Below are positions 1-12,084 of a stretch of DNA of 64,000 bases, one piece after another (the first letter of the stretch is position 1; the number at the start of each line of letters is the position of its first letter). Source of the stretch: the human T2T-CHM13v2.0 reference genome, Homo sapiens; the NCBI RefSeq assembly GCF_009914755.1, contig NC_060934.1; one strand, 5' to 3'. Below the pieces are notes generated by a model. It did no database searches. It saw only the letters and a program-made list of their open reading frames with translations, and was not told the origin of the DNA. Both the position numbers and the translations under genes were made by a program.

Positions 1-1452
1 CAGTATCAACTTCTTTATCAACTCCTTATACACTTTTTATTCTGAGAGAAATAAAAAAGCTAAAAGTGAAATGACTTTTTTTACTCTCCATATTATAAGC
101 ACCCATCTTGGTAATTTAGGGTCTTTATAGTTAGGGTACGTTTTGTCATACTGAGGTTACAAATTAAAAAGTATTTTGTCCCTTTGGGCCTTTCCTTATT
201 CAGTAATACTGTCAGTTTGGCTTTTTTTGTAGGTCAACTTATTGAACTCAGTATTCTGAAATAATGTGTTTACTATCTTTTGATAAGCATTTAAAATATT
301 AGATTTATTGTTACTCTTCTGCCTTCATTGGGCTGGAAGAATAATTGTTTCACTCCACAAAAGTCAAGTTGCAGAGAAAAACACATAGACATTCAACTGC
401 AAAGCAGAGAAACTTGACTATTTTCTGCAATTTTAAAGTGTATATTGAATAAAACCATCTTTTTATTTTCTTTTTTGCTCACTGGCAAATAGTAACAATG
501 TCAAGTATGTTATTATAATGTTATCAAGTTAAAAATCTCAAAAAGTTTTCATAATTACCATTTTAAAATATATAAATAGGTGACCTGATGTTAATTTTTA
601 TTGTCTGAGACCATGTCTGTTATTTCAGTCTTTAAAGTCAGTTAGTAATGCAGAGCCTAGCACTTAGCAGATACTCAAAAATTATTTGCTGGATAAAAAA
701 AGGTTAAACATGTAATATACACAAAATGTACTGGAAAAAATGCACCAAACGATTTTGTTATACCAGTTTAATGTAAATATTGCCTTTAAAAGATAATATA
801 GTTTTCAGGTGTCTACAGTGATTTTGTAATATTTGTGCACATATAAAATAATATTTCCAAAAATGTAATCCAGTGGGGAAATATACTTTCTAAATTCTAG
901 ATTTATAATTTAGGGTTTAAATTATAAAATCATTAAATAAGACACAAGTGAAATATAGTCAAATATCCCCTTGGAAAAAAATTAAGTGGCCTCTAAAGTG
1001 AGGTATTCATATATGTAATTTTACAACCCTCTAGTGATAGAATTAATTAAATATGCCACCAAATTGATTAATTCCAACAGTGTTAAAAGAGAAGCCCTAA
1101 CAATGCCAGTGACCATGTAACATGGATTTAAGCTACAAGTCATAGAAATGTGATGAGAAGCCTCAGCGCTGTAAAACAGAGGGTGGAGGAAAGCTTTTCC
1201 TCTCTCAAATGAGCTTTGCGAGGTATATTTCTTGAAGGATAGAAAGTTGAAGTGTTTAGGACTTTTATGTCTATTCTACTTTGGCTTAGTTTACATGATT
1301 CTTAGTTTATTAGCCTAGAAATGGCCAAGAAAACTTAAGGCTCAATAATTAGTTATAAATATGAAATATCCCCAATTTTTAAGATAAAAACAACTTATAA
1401 ATGTATTTGTCTGTAAAAATTGTGTATATTTTTACAGAACATCTATTTCTTT

Positions 1453-2201
1453 CTTTTTTTATTTTTTTTATACTTTAAATTCTGGGGTACACATGCACAA
1501 TGTGCAGGTTTGTTGCATATGTATACATGTGCCATGTTGGTGTGCTGCACCCATTAACTCATCATTTATATTAGGCATATCTCCTAATGATATCCCTCCC
1601 CCCTCCCCCCACCCCACAACAGGCCCTGGTGTGTGATGTTCTCCTTCCTGTGTCCAAGTGTTCTCATTGTTCAATTCCCACCTATGAGTGAGAACATGTG
1701 GTGTTTGGTTTTTTTGTCCTTGCAATAGTTTGCTGAGAATGATGGTTTCCAGCTTCATCCATGTCCCTACAAAGGACATGAACTCATCATTTTTTATGGA
1801 TGCATAGTATTCCATGGTGTATATGAGCCACATTTTCTTAATCCAGTCTATCATTTTTGGACATTTGGGTTGGTTCCAAGTCGTTGCTATTGTGAATAGT
1901 GCCACAATAAACATACATGTGCATGTGTCTTTATAGCAGCATGATTTATAATCCTTTGGGTATATAACCAGTAGTGGGATGGCTGGGTCAAATGGTATTT
2001 CTAGTTCTAGATCCCTGAGGAATGGCCACACTGACTTCCACAATGGTTGAACTAGTTTACAGTCCCACCAACAGTGTGAAAATGTTCCTATTTCTCCACA
2101 TCCTCCCCAGCACCTGTTGTTTCCTGACTTTTTAATGATCGCCATTCTAACTGGTGTGAGATGGTATCTCATTGTGGTTTTGATTTGCATTTCTCTGATG
2201 G
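1453..2201 (-). mobile_element. 5'-truncated L1PA (approx. L1PA4/5) LINE-1: ORF2 C-terminus, 3'UTR and A-tail
   Basis: ORF 1468..2190(-) starts [28 protein letters not shown], the L1 ORF2p C-terminus, and frameshifts near METIILSK. The primate L1 3'UTR with its G-rich tract and a T-tract at ~1453-1470 follow. Candidate TSD atctatttcttt (1441) / gtccatttcttt (2202). Confidence 0.95.
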
Positions 2202-4185
2202 GTCCATTTCTTTAAAACAAAGGGAGGGGAGTCTCTCATTTACATTAGTTTTTTTCATAGCCTTTTGGACTTGGCAATTTCTATGTCTTGGAACCTATTT
2301 CTTACAGTTTTTCTATGCTAAACTCTGTCCTGGTCAGTTCCAGAGTGTATGAAGAACCAAATGATGTAATTGTATGTGACCTGGCTGTAGTGGAACAAAT
2401 TTGACTCTTAAGTATGCAGGCTCTAATTTTCCTGTCTGGTTTTGGTAAGTATTCCTTACATAGGTTTTTTCTTTGAAAATCTGGGATTGAGAGGTTGATG
2501 AATGAAAATTAATCCTTTCACTTTGTTGTATATAGGTTTGGAATAATTAGGTCAGGGTGGAGTTTTAAGGTCATGAAGGGGGCTGATGACTTACAAATAA
2601 TGGGCTCTGATTGGGCAACTACTCATCTGAGTTCCTTCCATTTGACCTAATTAAGCTTGTGAAATATACACTAAGCCATGAGCTCATCTTTAAAAAGTTT
2701 TATTAAAAGATTTTCAGCTGTTCCAAATGTGACTCATTAGTGGAATGTGTTTTAAAGGATCATATCAGATGAATGAAAGGTATTTGATCCTTTCTTTCCT
2801 TAATAATAAAATGATGATTTGGAAAAATAGGCTACAGTCTAACCACAGTGTTATTATTAGGCTTTCTTGTTAAACATAGGTCTAAGCCTAAGTATGTCAA
2901 TACAACAAATACTGTTTCATTTCTAGTAAAAAAAAAAAAAAAACAACAAGTCTTTCTGGCATAAGGATGATTTTCATCTGGTTATTTTGAAACATTTTTG
3001 TAAAATAAATTTCCATCTATAAAGAACATTTTTATTTGTAAGGAGGGGTATGTCTCTGTGCACTGGAAGAGAGGGAGGACTAAATCACTGGGAAGTCTTA
3101 TGATAAAGAAGCCATTGGCTTAAATCAGCAAAGCAAGCCATCCCTTGCTTTAAGGTGTTTTTCCTGGCCATCCTGTCCTGACTAGAACTTTACCTACACC
3201 TTCCTTTTTGGTTTAGGCAAATTATAGTATCTAAACCTGAAGTCTCAGCTCTGTGTCTTTGAGATATAAATGTTCTACCATGTCTTCTCTGGAACCTGAT
3301 AACTATCTATCTCTTTAAAATGCAAGTCTAAGGAGATGACTCATCAGAAAAAGAAGAAAAAAGAGGTATTTGGAAATTGTGCAAATTAAAGAAGCCCCTG
3401 ATGCCAAAGTCTACACATTCCTGAGTGAGTCAGTTCTGGCCAGTTCTAGCTGGATCAAGAGAGCTCTGCTGGGCAGGCCTGAAGAGCAGCTGGATGGCAG
3501 ACACCTGAGGAGCCAGGTGCCTGAAACTTCCTCCACCTGCTTGAGGAGCACCAAAGCCCAGGTGCTGGCTGGACAACCCCTTCTGGCTGCCTAAGCAGGT
3601 GGCAGAGGAAGGAAAAAAGGTCAGAGGCAGAGTGTTGAACCCTGCCTCCCAGGTGGGCGGGAGATTCCTGACGCCAAACTAGGGCCCAGCTTGCCAGGTG
3701 AGGTGGGTGAACTGGTGATCCCCCGAGAGAGTGGACGTCAGAACTACATGGCCCCGGACTTCACCTCAGCCAGCGAAGGAGAGAGAGGGTTAATGTTAAC
3801 TGCAGGAGGCCCACTCTTGCCTTAAATTCTGTAATTCAAACCCTTCCCTTGGAGACAAAACAAACATGACAAGGAATTCTGAGGTCAGGGGACAAGAATC
3901 ACAAGTTCCCTAGTGGGAGACTGAGGAGGCAGTGTCCTTTCTGCCCTTGGTCTACTGGCTAAGAACCTTCCTCAGCCTGAGCTTTCCACATTGCACTTTC
4001 AGCTCTTTTTGAAATTTTACTCCTTTAGTGCTGAGGGAATCGCAGTGTTCGATCCTGAAATCTATACATTCCTAATGGGTGGTTAAAAAAAACCTCAGCA
4101 AGAGAAGCAGAAAATGTTTCCTCTTTCTGAAAAACTGTAGAAAGGCAGGCACCATTCTGGGTGGGACATGGTCCTTGCAAAAGTC

Positions 4186-4494
<309 letters not shown>

Positions 4495-5107
4495 AAGATT
4501 CTGTTTTGATAGAACACTTGTGTCTCTCTCACCTTGTATTTAGAAAAGTTAGAAAGTAAAGGATAATGTATATAGAAAGCTTTTTGAAGACTCTTAAGAA
4601 GTTCATAAATATGGGGCACTATACTATGCATATGAAAATATTTCCTATCAGTTGGCAGTTACCACCTCTTATAGTGGCATGGAACCTCTTGAGTTAAACC
4701 AAGGCTCAGTGAGATTTGGTGATTTAGGTAGTGTCATTTTATGAACAAGGGGGACCCTACTCACGTCTTTTATTTTATTATACTTCTCTTTGACATTCAC
4801 TCCAGTTAAAGAACTCTTTCAAAAGACCTCATGCCTGGTCTCACGGAGATTCAAAGGTGTTTGAGTCCTTCCTTATTATGCCCTTGGAAGATGCTTTGAG
4901 GACTCCAGTGATGAATCCCAAGTACTCTGTCTCCATTGTCCCTGGTATAGGGCACCTCATCACTCTGGTGTTATCCCTGAAGGGCCTTCATAATAATGTG
5001 CTTAAAGAGTCCCTTATTATGTCCTTCAGGATGGAGCTTGACTTACCCAAATTACTATGTACATGTTAAAGAGAGGCTGGAACTGAAGTTGGTAATTTCT
5101 CACTGGA

Positions 5108-6400
5108 TCAGTCAACAAGATTTGAGTACTTTCTGTGTGCTCTGCATCATTCTGAGTACTCTGAGGGACAGAATAAGGCATGACTCCTGCCTTCAAGGAG
5201 TATGGAATTTAATAGAAGATGACAACATACATGATTGTAAATCTATCTACAGTAGAGTGCCTAATTGTGAGATTCCTAATAAACGGCAAGATATGTTCTG
5301 AAAACTTGAAAAGTAAATGAGGTTGAAGAAATTGTGAAAAGTTTAGCAGAGGAGGAATAATTCGTCAGGTTCTTTAAATACAAGTAAAGGGGAAAAGAAG
5401 GACCATTTTTAAGTTTAGATATTCCAAGGGTTAGTGGTGAGGTTGATTATGGTATGTCTTCTCGTTGATGAGGGAGGAGACTGGCGAATAGTGGAAAATA
5501 AAGTTAAATAGCTAGGGTGGGGCCAAATTACGGGTTTTAATAAAAGCCAGGCATAGAAATTTAGATTGGGGTAGTAGAAAAAGGAAGGCTTTAAAAGTTT
5601 TTGAGCCAATGAATGACATCATACAAGTTCTATATAAAGAGCAGTGATTTCAGGATGGGAGACAATGGCATCAGGGAGACCCACTTGAATGCTGGTAAGT
5701 AATATTACTAACAGTGCCATTAGTAACATTAATGTTACTAGGGCCTGGACTGATATGCTGATGGAAGTGAGAATGAAGAATAAGGTGGGATGAAAGAGAG
5801 TTTGACAAGAGTTTTTTAATGAACCTGAAACTGGAAAGGGCGAGATTAACTAAGCCTGCTTGCCATGGACAGCAATGGGGTTGCTAGAAGATTAGCTGTG
5901 CGGAAAAAGTTACGCATTTACCTTTGGGCATTATGAAATGAAATTGACTCTCCATATTCATGGGTTCTGCATCCACCGATTCAAACAACTGTGGAACAAA
6001 ATTGTCAGAAAAAACAATACAATGATAAAAAATGATGCAAATAAAAAACAACATGGTATACCAACTATTTACATAGCATTTACATCATATTAAGTGTTAT
6101 TAAGTAATCTAGAGATGATTTAAAGTATATAGGAGGATGTGTGTAGGTTATATGCAAATACTACACTATTTTATACCAGTAACTTGAGCATCCATGGATT
6201 TTGGTATACAAGGGGGATCCTGGAACCAATTCCCCATGCGTATCAAAAGATGACTGTATGAGTTATCTGTAAAATGGTTTGGTTGAAATGTTTAGAAAAC
6301 AGCTAGAAATACAAGACTGGCTGTTGGATGAAAAAACATAGGACTAGGAAATTCAGGTATGCTGGTCTTTTTGAGTATTGCTTAAAGTCATGGGAAAAGA
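5108..6400 (-). mobile_element. Old L2 fragments, interrupted by MER2
   Basis: L2 3'-end-like text in antisense at ~5108-5215 (caacaagatttgagtactttctgtgtgc...cctgccttcaaggag) and purine-rich L2-like sequence on both sides of the MER2; boundaries approximate. Confidence 0.5.
5941..6258 (-). mobile_element. MER2 (TcMar-Tigger non-autonomous DNA transposon)
   Basis: Matches recalled MER2 text: aactatttacatagcatttaca...taatctagagatgatttaaagtata...ggttatatgcaaatactac...cttgagcatccatggattttggtat...cctggaaccaat; ends in gactg followed by TA. Confidence 0.85.
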
Positions 6401-8719
6401 GCTCTCTGTGAGTTCCAGGACAGATGCAAGGACTGGCATTCATGCACAGCTTCTAATAGATAAATCTGAAGAGTTTTTAGTATGCATGTTGACTGAAATT
6501 ACCTTAGAAGTAATTTTTCTCCTGGTGATAAAAGGCATGTAAGGCTATTTTAGGAAATTGAAAAATGCAAAAAGGTATAAAGAAAAAGAAAAGATAATCA
6601 TTAATAGTACATTAGTAAACAAGATTTGACTAAAGATATGACTTTCCTCCCGCTTGTTTTCTTATGCATATAAAGGGATAGGAAATATGTATGTATGTAT
6701 GTGTGTGTATAGGATCATGCACTATATATAGCTTGCTTCTTTTTCCATTATGATAATTTTCCCATGTCATGAATTATGGCTTGCAAGTGCTTATTCTTAA
6801 AGGGCTGCATTATTTTTCATTATTTGGATTTATTGTCATTTAATTGGAGCTCTATTATTGAACATTTAGATTGCTTCCAAAATTTTTTGCTCTTGTTAAT
6901 ATATTGTAATAACCTTCTGTGAAACACATACTCTTCACCTGCTACTTACATATGACTTCTGTAAGCAGAGAACTCTGTATCCCCAGGACCTAGAAGGTTA
7001 CCTGGACATAGTAGTTGCTTAATTAAAAAAAATTATTGATTGAATGAAAGAAGACTATTAAATGTTCAGTTCTTTTTTTATTCTGATTTCCTGTGTATCC
7101 AGGGGCCTCTTATTTGGCTGCATGTATGAGTTTGGCTGTAATGAAAGTATTGGCCGTATATGACCATAAACAGGCATTCCTATTTCTGTCACATTTATAT
7201 TGGTCATTCTGTATTAATACATCTATATCCTGATTTCTATTGAAGCATGGTTATTTTTGTTTGCTTCTAAGCAATGTAGCTACCCTATTGACGCTGATAA
7301 AAATAAATTTCTGAACCTATAAGACCGAGGATTGGGCCTAGGTTGTGGTAAATTGGCAAGATAATGGACGCTACCCTGTCAAGAGCCCTCTGAAGAGAAA
7401 AGTCTGCCACCCTTCACCAGGTAGAAACTCCTGGCAGTGCCACATTTTCCAGTTTGACGCCCTGTGATACCCTGAAAAGACAGATGTTTGACTCTTTTCA
7501 AATAATATTTTAACATATTTTAAGATGCAAAGGCATTGTGTCAGACTTTTTTCTTAAGAATATATTTCATTACCACTCAGAAGTTAGCTTCCAAAAGAAA
7601 TAAGTGTGTGCAAAGGTTTATGATAGTGGTGTAGAGAAGTTTTTAAAATAAATGTGCATCTTTTATGGTAATAAAAGCACATTATGAAGAATTTTTTAGG
7701 TCCAGTTCACAGATTCCTTGTGCCTGGGGAAAACTTTATTAGAAAATTAGATAATTTCTAATTTGATTAGGGGAAGTCTAATGGGAAAACATTTTAACTG
7801 AGCGGTCCAATTCGAAACATGAATATCTGTGCTGGAAGCTTCTATTGAACTTTACTTAAGTGACATCTAAGACCCTCTGCCTGTCAGTCCACCATTACCC
7901 TAACAGTGGTAGAAATTCTTTATATGACACCTAGATCTTTTTTTGTTGCACTTTTAAGTTATATAGGAAACACACTGCCCACATGTTCATACAACACAGA
8001 GTGATTATCTACTTAGTTCCTAAAAAGTTGTATTTGGTTATGGGGTTTGATCCCACTTGTCCAGGGTTTAGGTCAGCTACTGAAGATTAGGATATCTGGG
8101 TACCTCTTACTGGAGAATCCATTCCTGTTTTCATTTCATTCCTGGGGACAATATTCGATCTGGTGTGGCCCTCTGTATTATAAAATGTTTCCCAGATTGT
8201 GTTTATCTGAAATACAAATCCAAGAAGAAGCATGGTGTTAATTGCCGTGTAAAAAAGATTCCAGAGTCAAGAGCTTGAGAAGTTCTATTCCTTCCTTCAT
8301 AGGTTCAGTTGTTTAACCCAGCATTTTTCAAACATATTTTACTCCTAGAACCTGTTTTTCCTCAGACATATTTAAGAAAAAAGCGTTTTGTAGAACACAT
8401 TTGGACAAATGATACTTTATATCATTGCTTTGTTTTTTAAATTTTAGTTTGACTCAATTTTACAGTTTCAGGATTTTGTTTCTGTTTCAGGTTTTAAGCT
8501 TTTCTTTTATAAATAGTTACTTTCCTAGTCTGAAATCTATACATTGTTTCAGTGATGAATTCATTATGTAAATTTGCCCATCATTCATCTAAAGGGAATA
8601 AACGTTAAATTGTTTTTTTAAATTTTGACTTGTGTCACATATGAGAATATAAAGTATATCTGTACAATAAAGGAAAATGAAACATCAAAGTATCTACCTC
8701 AAGTAAAGAAGCAGAACTT

Positions 8720-8950
8720 GGCCGGGCATGGTGGCTCACACCTGTAATCCCAGCACTTTGGGAGGCAGAAGTGGGAAGATCACTTGAAGCCAGGAGTTGG
8801 AGACCAGATTGTTCAATAAAGGAAGACATCATCTCTAACAACAACAACAACAGCAAAAAATTAGCCAGGCATGGTGACACATGCTTATAGTCCCAGCTAC
8901 TGGTGCAGCCTCGAACTCCTGGTCTCAAGCCATCTTCCCACCTCAGCCTC
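8720..8950 (+). mobile_element. AluJ, 3'-truncated, with an internal inverted segment (8904-8950)
   Basis: Left arm, linker and start of right arm on +; the next 47 bp are the reverse complement of the continuing right arm. Confidence 0.9.
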
Positions 8951-9390
8951 ATGTTCTAGTGAACTTTGTTATGCAGTGTCTCCTATTCTACATGTGCAGG
9001 AGTATTTTTACAGTATGTACCTGGAGTGGAATTGCTTGGTCATTGGGCATGTATGTGTTCAGCTCTATTGAGTGGCATCAATCTGTTCTCCAAAGCAGTT
9101 GTACCAATCTACACCCTCACCAGCAGTGAATAGTCTTCCCATTGTTCTTCCTCAATGAAACTAGATATTCACAGCCTTTTAGGTTTTTCCTAGAGTATGA
9201 AGTGGTATCTCTTTGGGGTTTTAATGTTTATTTCCCTGATTAAAATTGTAGTTGAGCATCTTTTATTATGTTTATGGGCCATTTATGTTTTCTGTTCTGT
9301 GAAATTCCTATTCGGGTTTTTTTGCTGATTTTAAATGTTGTTGTTTGTGTTTTTCTTATATAGGACTTCTTCATGCATTCAAGATGCACG
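8951..9390 (-). mobile_element. Old L1M fragment (ORF2 3' region)
   Basis: gagtggaattgcttggtca, ctccaaagcagttgtaccaatctacaccctcaccagcagtg and gttgagcatctttt...ggccattt are diverged antisense L1 ORF2 motifs. Confidence 0.75.
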
Positions 9391-9646
9391 TATGTTGTTC
9401 AGAATAGTACCTGAGACATAGAAACAACTTTGTAAGAATAGCTATCATTATATTACCATTGTATTTAAGTCTTTGTTTTTATGTGTTACAATTATCTTCT
9501 GCTAGTTTGTGGCTTATTTTTCATTCTGTGATGTTAATTTTTTAACCTAGTATTCTATTATTTTAAAAATACACAATCTTGAGTAGTCTACATGGTCATA
9601 ACCATGGCATATTCATGTTGCGTATGTTCTGTGTCATAACCCAGAA

Positions 9647-9945
9647 TTTTCTTTTTTTTTTTTTTTGAGATGGAGTTTTGCTTTCGTCACCCAGGCTGCA
9701 GTGCAATGGCGTGATCTTGGCTCACTGCAACCTCGCCTCCTGGGTTCAAGTGATTCTCCTGCCTCAGCCTCCCGAGTAGCTGGGATTACAGGTAGCTGCC
9801 ACCACGCCCAGCTAATTTTTGTATTTTTAGTAATGACGTTTCACCATGTTGGCCAGGCTGGTCTCGAAATCCTGACCTCAGGTTATCCGCCGACCTTGGC
9901 CTCCCAAAGTGTTGAGATTACAGGCATGAGCAGCTGCACCCAGCC
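9647..9945 (-). mobile_element. AluS (Sq/Sp-like), full length
   Basis: T-tract, gagatggagttttgct...gtgcaatggcgtgatc...ctcccaaagtgttgagattacaggcatgagc...cccagcc. Confidence 0.95.
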
Positions 9946-10131
9946 AACTTTCAGTCTTAAGTACCATTTTTTGCTGCTGTTTCTTTTTTTGAACCCCAGG
10001 AAAAAATTAACTCATTTAATCCCTTATTCAAACTGCTACAATTTTATTTTCAGTGTTGTCGCCTGGTTGTAGATGCATTTGTCTCTCCAAATGCACTGTG
10101 ATTATTTTGAAGACAAAACATTTTTAGCATT

Positions 10132-10133
<2 letters not shown>

Positions 10134-10171
<38 letters not shown>

Positions 10172-10272
10172 TATGTATGTATGTATGTATATATGTATAT
10201 AATATATATTGTATAAATATTTATATTTTATATATCATATAAAATTTATATATAAAAATATATATATATATA
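10134..10272. repeat. (TA)n/(TATG)n AT-rich compound microsatellite
   Basis: Directly visible. Confidence 0.95.
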
Positions 10273-10578
10273 AATGCCTCTTATCCCTAATATAGGGACT
10301 CGATTCGTTTCTTCTAGTGTGGAGACAAGTCATATCATGGCTAGGGGCCATGATGGTAGGAGCAGTCAGAGGATTTCTTGCATTGTGATGAGTGCATATA
10401 AGTTAAATGAGCCACTTATCAGTAGATTTGATAGCAGGATAACAATTATATCACTGATGCCTAGGCAGTACATGACACTCGGTAAAGAATAGATTAATCC
10501 TCATGCTCTTCATCTTCCTCCTAATCTCTTTACCTGTGCTGCCCTCCAACTTTCAAAGTGCTCTGAGTCATCACTTAC

Positions 10579-10982
10579 ACAGTGTTCCTTAGCTGCCCCT
10601 TCAGTGGGCCAGTGTTTCTGTGCCCCAGTGTTCCTGAGAGTTAGAACACAGAAAACAGAGCAGCCTCTTGCCCACATCACAGAACATCTTTGTCTCCCTG
10701 TGGATCCTGCACATTTGTTCATTAGAGCTCAGGAATTGCCAGAGACTGGCTTTTGTGGCAATGGACACTAGATTCTTCAGAAGAATATTGATTGAAATCT
10801 CCCTGCTGTGACAGTTCCCTGCATACAGGGCAGGAGTGTGTGCTTCTTCCCAGCAAAGGCAGAGGCAGGGCCTACAGAAACTGTGCCCGCAGCCTATAGT
10901 GATGGGGTCTATGAGGTAATTCAGGCAGATGAGGCAGTTGAGTTCTTTCTGGAAGGCTTGGGGGAAGTCTAAGTCCATTTTC
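10579..10982 (-). pseudogene. TRIM43: Unprocessed TRIM43-like pseudogene fragment: first coding exon (RING + B-box2), frameshifted
   Basis: [46 protein letters not shown]...[22 protein letters not shown] closely resembles the recalled TRIM43 N-terminus ([46 protein letters not shown]). Acceptor ttcttctggttttcttccatcag|gaaaATG at 10983/10982; donor |GTAAGT at 10578-10573. The symbol names the closest parent, not this locus. Confidence 0.88.
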
Positions 10983-11184
10983 CTGATGGAAGAAAACCAG
11001 AAGAATTTATTCTTATGCCATAGACAGACAAAGATCTACGCAAAGTTTGAATCAGGTTTTGAGTAGGATCCACTCACAGGTTTAAATCTATAGCAGGCTA
11101 CGATTTTATTTTGCACATAACAAAAATGAAAAACTGAGGCACAGAATTCAAGCTTTGCAGAAAAATGTGTTGGCTCCCTAACCA

Positions 11185-11208
11185 ACACACACACACACAC
11201 ACACACAC
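11185..11208. repeat. (CA)n microsatellite
   Basis: Directly visible. Confidence 0.95.
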
Positions 11209-11250
11209 CTACTTTCCCAAATTCTTTCCTCCTGTATGAAAAAAACTTAA

Positions 11251-11535
11251 GGCTGGGCACAGTGGTTCATGCTTGTAATCCAGCTCTTTGGGAGGCTGAG
11301 GCAGCAGGATTGCTTGATCCAAGGAGTCCAAGACCAGCCTGGGCAACATGATGAGACCCTGTCTCTACAAAAAGAAAAGGAGGAAAAAATTAGCTGAGCA
11401 TGCCAATAGTCCCATCTACTAGGGAGGCTGAAGGGAGAGGATTGCTTGAGCCCAGGAGGTCAAGGCAGCAGTGAGCCGTAATCCAGCCACTACACTCTAG
11501 CCTGAATGACAGAGCAAGACTCTGTCTCAAAAATG
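11251..11535 (+). mobile_element. AluJ
   Basis: ggctgggcacagtgg...ggattgcttgagcccaggaggtcaaggcagcagtgagcc (J-type right arm). Confidence 0.92.
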
Positions 11536-11537
11536 AA

Positions 11538-11651
11538 CAAAGAAAGAAAAGAAAGAAAGAGAGAGAGAGAGGGAGGGAAGGAGGGAGGAAGGAAGGAAGG
11601 AAGGAAGGAATGAAGGAAGGAAAGAAGGAAGGAAAAAAGGAAGGAAGGAAG
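11538..11651. repeat. Purine-rich (GAAA)/(GA)/(GGAA)n tract grown from the Alu tail
   Basis: Directly visible, immediately 3' of the AluJ. Confidence 0.9.
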
Positions 11652-11710
11652 TTTACAGAGTTTTTTGAGGTGTTAGTGTTCCCTAAATTGTATGGTCTTC
11701 AGAGGTTTAC

Positions 11711-12084
11711 CCTCCTATAGCTTCAAGGGGTGAGTCCTGACTGGTAGGAAAATCAATCACACTCTTACTTGTCAGTGATTCATTTAGGGAAGACAGCTAA
11801 CTAAGCTCTTCCAATTTGATTATTTCATTTAATTGTAACAACCATCTTATCATGACTTCTTCAAAATTACCCTGCCAGTAAGTGTTGGAGGACTCCCCAG
11901 AAACAGAAACCACCATGCTTCCTATATAGTCTATGGAACCATGAGCCAACTAAAGGTGTTTCTCAGGTATTTCTTTATATCTTTGGCCAAAATTAAAGAG
12001 TTAGGCTTTACTCTCCAAGATACTGCAACAGACAAAAAAAAGCCACCACTGTTTTCTAATGTTGTTTTCTTGTTAATTCAATCA
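11711..12084 (-). promoter_or_regulatory. Candidate decayed promoter of the TRIM43-like fragment with DUX4-type motifs
   Basis: TAATTCAATCA at 12074-12084 fits TAAYBBAATCA; near matches at 11776-11786 (TAAATGAATCA on -), 11749-11759 and 11817-11827; TATA-like CTATAGGAGG on - at 11711-11720. Motif evidence only. Confidence 0.35.
11870..11978 (+). mobile_element. MST (MaLR) LTR 3' fragment, copy 1
   Basis: gaggactccccagaaacagaaaccaccatgcttcct...gaaccatgagccaactaaa...ctcaggtatttctttata resembles the MSTA/B LTR 3' end. Confidence 0.75.

Noticed and set aside
1468-2190. 240-aa ORF as a gene
   Set aside because: L1 ORF2 C-terminus running by frameshift into the L1 3'UTR of a truncated element.
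10601-10978. Functional TRIM gene
   Set aside because: The final RING cysteine pair is out of frame, the B-box end is frameshifted, and no downstream exons were found.
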